Made by a program: the position numbers and the translations under genes
Assembly (NCBI GenBank): GCA_964510585.1
Contig: CAZECW010000189.1
Span: forward strand, 1 to 11,056
From: an uncultured archaeon
GTDB lineage: Archaea > Asgardarchaeota > Jordiarchaeia > Jordiarchaeales > Jordiarchaeaceae
Length of the DNA: 11,056 nucleotides
Reading direction: 5' to 3'
Part shown: positions 1 through 7,191 of the stretch, piece by piece
Layout of the letters: each line of letters starts with the position of its first letter
Position numbering within the stretch: position 1 is the first letter of the stretch
Notes under the pieces: model-generated
Databases searched by the model: none
What the model was told of the DNA's origin: nothing
Seen by the model: the letters and a program-made list of their open reading frames with translations, nothing else

Positions 1-317
1 AACTCATTTTCAAATACTGTAATCAAGGAGTCAACTATTTATATATGGTGATTGTTTTTAGTTCTATTAACTTTAAATCCCGCTTCCGTCCCCCGGGAAC
101 CATCTTTTTGCACTCCCTGACCTTGCCGGGCGCGAAACCCCCTTAAAAAACAAAGCGGTTTAACTCCGCTTTCCCTGCACAAAACCACCACGAAAATTAA
201 CACAAAAGAATAATAAAATCAGAACATTATAAAAGATAGACTCATTGCCTTAGTCGATATGTTAGCCTTGAAAATATTTAATTTTTTCCTAATTATTAAT
301 ATAATTATTTTTTTGTC

Positions 318-381
318 AAAAAATTAATATAATTCCAGAGTAAACCATAATTTTAAAAACGTCGAAATAGCTTTGGGAGGT
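318..381 (+). promoter_or_regulatory. Putative archaeal promoter and ribosome-binding site of the BKACE gene
   Basis: A-run (BRE-like, 318-323) followed by TTAATATA (324-331); GGAGGT at 376-381, 8 nt before ATG 390. Confidence 0.55.
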
Positions 382-389
382 AAATTTTT

Positions 390-1337
390 ATGGCCGCATT
401 AACTGCTTGGCGAGAGAAATGCATCATAACATGTGCACTTACCGGAGGTGCAACCTTCCCCGCCCAGTCAAAATACATACCTGTAACACCAGACCAGATA
501 TCTGACGAGGCCAAAAAGGCTCGTGATGCAGGCGCAGCAATAGTCCACGTTCATGTGAGGGATCCCAAATCTGGGTTTCCAACAGCGGATTTAAAAGTCT
601 GGAGAGAAACCCTAGAAAAAATTAAGCAAAAGGCTGACGATCTCATAATTTGTTGTACAACTGGCGGCGGCAAAGACATGACTGCCGATGAAAGAATTGC
701 CGTGGCTGCAGAGTTCGCTCCCGAAATGTGCTCCTGCAACACTGAAACAATGAACTTCTCCATGTTCCCCCTCGCAGAGAGATTTAAAGACGACCAGCTA
801 ATGTACGCAATTCTTATGTCTACAAAGGATTACGTATTTAAGAACACATTTGCAGACGTAGAGAGATTTATTGGCATAATGTATGAAAATAATGTTAAAC
901 CCGAATTTGAATGCTATGGACCTAATGGACTCTGGAACCTTATGGCAATGATCAGGTTCGGGTGGGTAAAACTACCCGCACATATGCAATTCGTCCTAGG
1001 AGTCTTGGGAGGAACCGGAAACACCCCCTACGAACTGGTACACATATACACTGAAGCTCAAAGAATACTCGGCCTAAACAATTTCACGTGGTCAGTAATT
1101 GGAGTAGGGTATCCAGCGCAATTCCATCTCGGCGCTGTAGCTGCAACAATGGGAGGCCATGTGCGGGTGGGTTTAGAGGACAACCTATATATCAGGTACA
1201 GAGAACTTTCACCTGGTAATGCACCACTAGTTGAGAAAATGAGGAGAATCATTGAGGATTTGGGCAGAGAAATTGCTACCCCCGACGAAGCCAGAAAAAT
1301 GTTGGGACTTAAAGGAATAGACAAAGTTAACTTCTAA
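390..1337 (+). CDS. kce: BKACE / 3-keto-5-aminohexanoate cleavage enzyme family protein (DUF849), substrate uncertain
   Basis: 315 aa with family motifs: ITCALTG, P-x-TPDQI, Zn-binding VHVHVRDP, TTGG, PEFECY, QFVLGVLGG, GGHVRVGLEDN, ATPDEARKMLGL. The Glu14 (TGAE) of true lysine-pathway Kce is replaced (TGGA). Confidence 0.95.
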   Translation: MAALTAWREKCIITCALTGGATFPAQSKYIPVTPDQISDEAKKARDAGAAIVHVHVRDPKSGFPTADLKVWRETLEKIKQKADDLIICCTTGGGKDMTADERIAVAAEFAPEMCSCNTETMNFSMFPLAERFKDDQLMYAILMSTKDYVFKNTFADVERFIGIMYENNVKPEFECYGPNGLWNLMAMIRFGWVKLPAHMQFVLGVLGGTGNTPYELVHIYTEAQRILGLNNFTWSVIGVGYPAQFHLGAVAATMGGHVRVGLEDNLYIRYRELSPGNAPLVEKMRRIIEDLGREIATPDEARKMLGLKGIDKVNF

Positions 1338-1362
1338 GCCCTCCTCTCTCCCCTCTTTTTTT
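1338..1362 (+). terminator. Pyrimidine tract ending in T7, probable archaeal terminator
   Basis: C/T-rich run directly after the TAA at 1335-1337, ending in TTTTTTT at 1356-1362. Confidence 0.55.
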
Positions 1363-1578
1363 GAAAATGGTATATTGACAATTTTAATTTTTTCATTGCG
1401 AATCGCTTCTCCCCGATTTTCTCTTTTTTACGCAGAAAAAAGTATTTTTCACCAATTTAGCGCCAGATAGGGAAACCAAATCCATTTAACATCGTCGAGA
1501 TAATAAACTTTGGTTATCCCACTATCATTGCAGAATTAATTAATCACAGGATTTATATTGTGGAAGCCTTCCTGCCTT

Positions 1579-2529
1579 TCACTTGAATATATCTTTGGTT
1601 TTCTTTTCCATCTCTTTAAGGTCGCCCTTCTTTAATTGCTTGGGATTATAGTATTTCGCCCTAGAGGATTCGGGAAGCCAGTTATCTGGCACACTAATGG
1701 TCTTGACTTCTCCAGCTGGAGCCGGTGCAGGTGTATGGGCTGGTTCTGCTGCGTATGCTAGTTGTGGTGGGGGTGGACCATACGTACCTACACCTGTTGG
1801 CTGAGTTGGGGCTTGATAGCCCGGAGGTGGGCCATATTGGACTGGCGAGGGGCGGGGAGCCCTTATTTGGGCTTCTGGTCTTATTTTTCCTAGAACAGCT
1901 GAAATTTGTTGTCTGAGCTGCATTGATGGTGGGGGTGCAATTCCCCCGGGGCCGTATGGTGTCTGGGGTGCGGTGGCTACAGCTTCCTGTAGCTTATTTA
2001 ACTCTTTTGAGAATACTGAGGGTTTAACGAATTTCTCCTCTACTATTCCTCCTCTGGAGGGTCTGTATCTTCCGAATTCTTCCTGTGATGGCGCTCCTCC
2101 CGACCCTAGGTTCTCTTTGGAGATGAAACTGGCGGGTTCTATTGTTCGTCTTGTAGGTTGTCTAGTGGGAGGTGTTCTTACTGGTGCTGGGTAACTTTCT
2201 TCTACTGGTGTAGGCTCTTCTCGTATTTGGGGTGTGTATTCTTCACTTGGGGTTGGTCCATGAACTATTGGTGTGGGTTTTGGTCTCATTTGAGGGGGGG
2301 CTTCTGGGGCTTCTTTAGGTTCGAGAGGAAAATGTTTTGGTGTTTCTCCCGAGAAGGAGGCCCAGTTTTCAATACTGTCGATTTTGCTTTCGAGGTCTAA
2401 GATTCTTTGATTTATGAAGGCGATTTCTTGCCTCACGGTTTCTGTGTATTGGTCAAAGACTTCCGCAATTTTTTCGATTCCTTGTTCCAGCCTATTTAAG
2501 GCTTCTTCAACTTTTTTGTCTCTACCCAT
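1579..2529 (-). CDS. Hypothetical protein: N-terminal coiled coil, long proline-rich disordered region, short conserved-looking C-terminal motif
   Basis: 316-aa ORF with ATG preceded by GGGGGAG; heptad pattern in residues ~7-55 (VEEALNRLEQGIEKI...INQRILDLESKIDSIE); Pro-rich residues ~64-272; no competing ORF of similar length. Confidence 0.85.
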   Translation of the reverse strand: MGRDKKVEEALNRLEQGIEKIAEVFDQYTETVRQEIAFINQRILDLESKIDSIENWASFSGETPKHFPLEPKEAPEAPPQMRPKPTPIVHGPTPSEEYTPQIREEPTPVEESYPAPVRTPPTRQPTRRTIEPASFISKENLGSGGAPSQEEFGRYRPSRGGIVEEKFVKPSVFSKELNKLQEAVATAPQTPYGPGGIAPPPSMQLRQQISAVLGKIRPEAQIRAPRPSPVQYGPPPGYQAPTQPTGVGTYGPPPPQLAYAAEPAHTPAPAPAGEVKTISVPDNWLPESSRAKYYNPKQLKKGDLKEMEKKTKDIFK

Positions 2530-2650
2530 CGATTCTCCCCCAAAAAAATTGGAGGTATTTAAATATTCTTTATTTTTTAAATATAAATATCTATCACTCT
2601 ACACTGTCTTTCAACACAAATTATTAGTTAGAAAATAGGGTGTGGGATAA
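2530..2650. promoter_or_regulatory. Divergent promoter region between the Pro-rich gene and the Fe-S gene pair
   Basis: AT-rich TATA-like cores (ATTTAAAT at 2557-2564; TTTAAATATAAATA at ~2576-2589) readable on both strands; G-rich RBS-like stretches next to both start codons. Confidence 0.45.
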
Positions 2651-3364
2651 GTGATAATTGATGGGGAAAAGTGTGTAGGTTGTGGGGCTTGTGTACCTTA
2701 TTGTCCTGTTAACGCCATTTTGCTGGAGAATGGTAAGGCAAGAATAGATGAGGCTAGGTGTGTTGAGTGTTTTACTTGTTACCGTTCCTGGATTTGTCCG
2801 GAGGGCGCGATTAAAATACCCGTTTTAGAGTGGCCCAGAGAAATTCGGAACGCCTTTAGTGATGTTGCGGGTACACACAAGGTGACGGGTATTCCTGGGA
2901 GGGGAACAGAGGAAATGAAAACAAATGATATTACTGATAGGTACGGCTGGGGAGAGGTTGGTTTTTGTGTGGAGCTTGGAAGACCAGGTGTGGGAACAAG
3001 CTTTAGGGAAGCAGAAAAAGTTTCTAAAGTTTTGGCTGGAAAAGGGGTGGAGTTTGAGAAGCAAAATCCCTATACACATCTTATAGATGAATCTGGAAAG
3101 TTGAGATTCAATATTGGTGAGGAAAGGGTTCTTTCCTGCTTGATTGAATTCAAAACCAAGCTAGAAAATGTCCCAGAAATCCTCAGAACACTGAGGAGCC
3201 TTGAAAGCGAAGTTGAGACCGTATTTACAGTGGGAGTGATTTCAAGGTTCAATCCTGATGGTTCTATTCCCATACTTTCCCTGATTGAAGGGGAGGGGTT
3301 CAAGGTGCGGCCTAATGCAAAAATCAACCTAGGTCTGGGAAAAAGACCCGGAGGCGATTCCTAG
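2651..3364 (+). CDS. 2x[4Fe-4S] ferredoxin-domain protein with an uncharacterised C-terminal domain
   Basis: GTG start; CxxCxxCxxxCP (C8,C11,C14,C18) and variant CxxCxxC-x5-CP (C37,C40,C43,C49); C-terminal ~180 aa with [11 protein letters not shown] and VELGRPGVG motifs. Confidence 0.9.
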   Translation: MIIDGEKCVGCGACVPYCPVNAILLENGKARIDEARCVECFTCYRSWICPEGAIKIPVLEWPREIRNAFSDVAGTHKVTGIPGRGTEEMKTNDITDRYGWGEVGFCVELGRPGVGTSFREAEKVSKVLAGKGVEFEKQNPYTHLIDESGKLRFNIGEERVLSCLIEFKTKLENVPEILRTLRSLESEVETVFTVGVISRFNPDGSIPILSLIEGEGFKVRPNAKINLGLGKRPGGDS

Positions 3365-3954
3365 TGACGCATACTCTACACCGTTTGGGCGATGAGGACT
3401 CCCTAAAAAAAGACTATGTTGTGGTGGCTATTTATGCTCATGGAATAAATGACAATCAACCAGATTCACGGGACAAGCTCCTGAGAATAGCTGAGATACT
3501 GAAATCTCAGAGACCCATAAACATGATAAATGAACTTCTTTGGAACTTTACACCAGCAATCCAGGCGGTTTACGGCGACAAAGGCTCGTTTAAAGCGGCA
3601 CTCAGGCTTCTTAAAAAGGAAGACTTGGGAATATCAATAACAGTCAGCGGATTAATGTCAGAAATTAAAGAAATAGCGGAGGAACTTGGTCTCAAGCTAC
3701 ACACAGTTAACCTCTCACTAGGAGTATTCGGAAACAAGAAATTGCTCCCCTCAGAAAAAATATTAGAAATGACCTCAATGTGCGGACACCACTGCGTATC
3801 CCCAAACCTAGTCAAAAATTTAGTACAGCAAGTAATAAAGAACAAAATAACACCCGAAAAAGCGGCTGAAGAACTCTCTAAACCCTGCATTTGTGGCGTT
3901 TTTAACAAAGCAAGAGCTATAGACCTAATAAAAAACCTAATTTCACAAAAATAA
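3364..3954 (+). CDS. Hypothetical protein with MCGHHC and PCxCGVFN Cys/His motifs (putative metal binding)
   Basis: 196 aa; GTG start overlaps the upstream TAG by 1 nt (TAGTG at 3362-3366); C140, H142, H143, C144, C175, C177; N-terminal THTLHR. Confidence 0.85.
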   Translation: MTHTLHRLGDEDSLKKDYVVVAIYAHGINDNQPDSRDKLLRIAEILKSQRPINMINELLWNFTPAIQAVYGDKGSFKAALRLLKKEDLGISITVSGLMSEIKEIAEELGLKLHTVNLSLGVFGNKKLLPSEKILEMTSMCGHHCVSPNLVKNLVQQVIKNKITPEKAAEELSKPCICGVFNKARAIDLIKNLISQK

Positions 3955-3959
3955 ATAGC

Positions 3960-3988
3960 TGGAAGCTTTTTTAGGCTTCCAATTTTTT
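3960..3988. terminator. Hairpin plus T-tract in the convergent gap, probable terminator (possibly bidirectional)
   Basis: TGGAAGC (3960-3966) / GCTTCCA (3975-3981) perfect 7-bp stem with T-rich loop, followed by T6 (3983-3988), in a 32-nt gap between two stop codons. Confidence 0.55.
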
Positions 3989-4913
3989 AGCCTAAGGTTT
4001 TTTCCAGTGGCGGTATTACCTGCTTTTTGCGAGACATCATACCCTTAATGTATACTGAGTTATCTTTTAGAACCGCATTGAAGGCTTTCTTGGTGACTGT
4101 TCCCTCCCTGTCACCTACCACTAGGAGTTCCGTTCCCTCCTGTATAATGTCTGTGAGCATCATAAAAATCATGTCGTAGCCCTCCTGCTTCACCATCCTC
4201 TCAATTTCTCCCAGTATATCCTTTTTTCTACTTCTGGCTTCCTCTATGTCCACTATTTCGACTTGTCCCACGCCTACCTTTTTACCGCCAAAATTGTAGT
4301 CCTTGAAGTCCGAATATATTATGTCCCTAGCACTCTTACCCGCTAAACTGGCCTTTGCTTTTTTCACTTCGACTCCGAATTTTAATGGATCCACACCCAC
4401 CATTTTGGCCAGCTTCTCTGCTACCTTCTTGTCCCTTTCAGTGGATGTGGGGGACTTGAAAACCACAGTGTCTGAAAGTATAGCGGCAAGCAGTATTCCC
4501 GCCATTTTTTTGTCCAGTTTTATTCCCTTCTCAAAATATTTCTCCGCAATTAGAGTGGAGGTTGAACCCACGGGTTCGGTGTGGAACAGGATGGGGTTTG
4601 CTAGCTTGAATTCTATGCGATGATGATCCAACACTTCAATTATTTCAGCCTTGTCCGCTCCATCAACCATCTGTCCAAACTCATTATGGTCCACTAGAAT
4701 CAGCTTTTTTCCAGCGGCGTTGTCAAGCTGTTTCGGAGCCTCAACCCCAAAGTGTTTAAGTACAAACTCTGTCTCTGGATTAATCTCACCTGCTCTCGCA
4801 GCTATGGCTGAAGCATTCTCTCCCGTCAACCTCTTAAAATTAGCATAGGAAATAGCGGCACAAACGGAATCAGTATCCGGCGACTTATGACCAATAACAT
4901 AAACCTCAGACAT
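3987..4913 (-). CDS. ppaC: Manganese-dependent inorganic pyrophosphatase, family II (DHH + DHHA2, no CBS insert)
   Basis: Motifs GHKSPDTDS, LVDHNE, LDHHR, PVGSTST, AAILSDT, GVGQVE, SRKKQ. Start set at ATG 4913 (MSEVYVIGH...) because GAGGT lies 8 nt upstream; the ORF-track start at 4943 is a TTG without an RBS. Confidence 0.97.
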   Translation of the reverse strand: MSEVYVIGHKSPDTDSVCAAISYANFKRLTGENASAIAARAGEINPETEFVLKHFGVEAPKQLDNAAGKKLILVDHNEFGQMVDGADKAEIIEVLDHHRIEFKLANPILFHTEPVGSTSTLIAEKYFEKGIKLDKKMAGILLAAILSDTVVFKSPTSTERDKKVAEKLAKMVGVDPLKFGVEVKKAKASLAGKSARDIIYSDFKDYNFGGKKVGVGQVEIVDIEEARSRKKDILGEIERMVKQEGYDMIFMMLTDIIQEGTELLVVGDREGTVTKKAFNAVLKDNSVYIKGMMSRKKQVIPPLEKTLG

Positions 4914-5243
4914 TTGAAATACCTCACACAGATTCTTAACCAAACTTTTCTACACATCAAACATATAAAACATTCGTCTAAACCCATTACAATCCAAATC
5001 ATAAAAGGTAAAACAACTTTTATAATGTTATGATTTTTTTAAATAACACTTACTCAACAATATTAGATTCAGTGTAATACACATTTTCGGAATCTGGTGA
5101 ATCCACCCTTAGTATAACGGCTACTTGGAAACGGGAGTGGCATGAATCATCCTTCCCAACAACTCTAGTGGGAATTAGCGAAACAAAGCTTTAAATAAAA
5201 ATCCAATCCGAACCACATTGCCTCACAATCTTGCTGTAAAATG

Positions 5244-5294
5244 TTTATATACAAGTTAAAGGTAATATAGGAACACCTAAATTTTGACAGAGGT
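5244..5294 (+). promoter_or_regulatory. Putative promoter and RBS of the APC permease
   Basis: TTTATATA at 5244-5251; GAGGT at 5290-5294, 6 nt before ATG 5301. Confidence 0.65.
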
Positions 5295-5300
5295 TGTAAA

Positions 5301-7004
5301 ATGTCTAGTGGAAGGAGAATTGTTTTCACCCGTGACGCCACGGGACTGGTCAGAGAGATTTCACTTATAGATGCGGTTGCCATAACCTTTTCCTTCGTCA
5401 TCGCAGGAGGCATAATGTTCCTATCCGTCCAGTCTCTGTCTCCAGGATATTTCCCCGGAGCAAACCTCCCAGTATCATACATGGGCGGCCTAATTTTGAT
5501 GCTACCAATAGCAGTGGTTTACGCAGTGCTCGCTAGAGCAATGCCCAGAAGTGGTGGTGACTACGTTTTCATTAGCAGAATTCTGGGTCCTGGATGGGGA
5601 TTCATTGCCTCTTGGGGTTCATGGATAGTTACCATGTTCACTATCGGGGTTCTGTGTTTCCAAGCTGTTTCCTTCATAAGTCTCTTCACCATGTACTATG
5701 GCCTCTGGACTTGGGATCTGGGACTACTAGGATGGTCAATCCAGTTAACCGATCCCATTTGGGGGGTCATTTTCGGTATAGTTCTCATTTTCTTCTTCAG
5801 TGTGGTACTAATGGCTAGTATGAGGGGCTCCCTTTGGCTGATGCGAATCCTCTTCATTCTACCCCTTCTGGCGGGTTTGGCAACAATCTGGATTCTGGCA
5901 ACCCACTCCCCACTCGATATGATATGGGCTTGGAACACCATTTTCGGATGGGAAGGACAGAACCTCTTCGGAATTCCCCTCGGAGCGTATGGAGACATAT
6001 TCCGCGTGGCTTACCAGAACTGGTGGTGGCTCTTCTCCTTTAGAGCCTCTCTCAACGGGCTCAGCGACACTATGGGAGCAGTTATAGTATCTATGTTCGC
6101 ATTCTCGGGGTACATGAGTCTCACTTACATAGGTGGCGAGGTTAGAGACACAAGGAGAACATTTTTCTATGTTATGGTGATAGGCCTCTTCTTCATCTTC
6201 CTATTCTACGTGGGCATAATTTACCCCCTGCAAGCCAACTATGGCCCCTTTGTTACAGCTTATAACTATCTCATATACATGAAGAGTGGCAACTTCCTCT
6301 ATTGGTGGTTGTGGGGAAGCCAGCTAAACCAAGGAAATCTCCAATACTGGATCCAATATGGAGCTTGGTACTACCTAGGAAAACTTCCAGCGCCCATTCC
6401 GGCTAGTGTTCCCTTATTTGCGGCCCCTCTAGCTGGTTTGAGCTGGCTGAGTTTGTTCATAATTGCTGGCGGTACACTATGGCTAATTAACTATATTATG
6501 CCCGGCCTTCTAACAACTTCCAGATACATTTTTGCCTGGAGCTTCGACAGACTGATGCCCACAAGGTTAAGCAAACTGAGCGAAAAAAGCAACACGCCTG
6601 TAAATGCAATAGCTGTTTCTATGACCATATCTATGGTGGGCGTTATCCTGAGCTACTGGAGTGCGCTCCAACAGGCATTAAACATTGTGTTTCTGGCAGT
6701 TATCGTCATAGCCCTTACCATCATAGCGGGCCTAAGATTCTATGCTAGAAGAAGGGACCTGGCTGAAAGAACATATTACCCAAGGATTGGAAAAGTTCCA
6801 GTGCTTGGAATCTGTGGAGTTTTAGCATTTATAGCTCTTGTCCCACTGCTTCTAGCCGCACTTGCAACCTTTAACCTTGGCTCGCTATTAATTGGTCTAA
6901 TTGTATACATAGTCGGAGCTGCCATTTACTTCACAATGAAGAGGCGGAACAAGAAAGCCGGCGTAGACATAGAGACAATATTTAGAGAAATACCTCCCGA
7001 ATAA
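5301..7004 (+). CDS. APC-family amino acid/polyamine permease
   Basis: 567 aa, about 12 hydrophobic segments; archaeal-type N-terminus FTRDATGLVREI; AMPRSGGDYVFISR; Y-x-GGEVRD; SRYIFAWSFDR...TP; C-terminus FREIPPE. Confidence 0.95.
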   Translation: MSSGRRIVFTRDATGLVREISLIDAVAITFSFVIAGGIMFLSVQSLSPGYFPGANLPVSYMGGLILMLPIAVVYAVLARAMPRSGGDYVFISRILGPGWGFIASWGSWIVTMFTIGVLCFQAVSFISLFTMYYGLWTWDLGLLGWSIQLTDPIWGVIFGIVLIFFFSVVLMASMRGSLWLMRILFILPLLAGLATIWILATHSPLDMIWAWNTIFGWEGQNLFGIPLGAYGDIFRVAYQNWWWLFSFRASLNGLSDTMGAVIVSMFAFSGYMSLTYIGGEVRDTRRTFFYVMVIGLFFIFLFYVGIIYPLQANYGPFVTAYNYLIYMKSGNFLYWWLWGSQLNQGNLQYWIQYGAWYYLGKLPAPIPASVPLFAAPLAGLSWLSLFIIAGGTLWLINYIMPGLLTTSRYIFAWSFDRLMPTRLSKLSEKSNTPVNAIAVSMTISMVGVILSYWSALQQALNIVFLAVIVIALTIIAGLRFYARRRDLAERTYYPRIGKVPVLGICGVLAFIALVPLLLAALATFNLGSLLIGLIVYIVGAAIYFTMKRRNKKAGVDIETIFREIPPE

Positions 7005-7025
7005 ATCGTCGGAAATAAAATCATC

Positions 7026-7038
7026 TTTTTTCTTTTTT
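7026..7038 (+). terminator. T-tract terminator after the permease
   Basis: TTTTTTCTTTTTT about 21 nt after the TAA stop. Confidence 0.5.
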
Positions 7039-7191
7039 AATCTCAAAATTTTGTTATCTCTGATTATAAGGATCAAACGTATTTTCGTATTCCTAATAAG
7101 GGTCGTAAAAATTCATTAAAATATATGAGAAAATTAAAAATGATAAAATTGAAGGATAAAAAAAGGAATGTTTAAACGAAGTGATTGTAAT

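Noticed and set aside
1-45. Possible minus-strand start codon (CAT at 5-7) with TATA-like TTTATATA at ~38-45
   Set aside because: Only two codons are visible; a gene cannot be supported from this window.
551-1324. Minus-strand ORFs 551-763 and 1058-1324
   Set aside because: Antisense shadows of the BKACE gene with no motifs.
1725-2638. Plus-strand ORFs 1725-1916, 1973-2194, 2158-2400, 2414-2638
   Set aside because: Antisense to the Pro-rich gene; the G/T-rich strand lacks stop codons by composition.
2825-3908. Minus-strand ORFs 2825-3079, 3070-3327, 3570-3908
   Set aside because: Shadows of the Fe-S gene pair.
4303-4848. Plus-strand ORFs 4303-4623 and 4651-4848
   Set aside because: Shadows of ppaC.
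4914-4943. 10-codon N-terminal extension of ppaC given by the ORF track
   Set aside because: TTG start without RBS; family II PPases begin just before the V-x-G-H-x-x-P-D motif and ATG 4913 has a GAGGT RBS.
5104-5175. tRNA-like D-arm sequence (TAGTATAACGGCTA) and TTCCCA/TGGGAA stem
   Set aside because: No T-psi-C loop, anticodon arm or acceptor stem could be built.
5165-6043. ORFs 5165-5482, 5594-5818, 5696-5998, 5834-6043
   Set aside because: Overlap the APC permease on the opposite strand or out of frame; no protein-like features.
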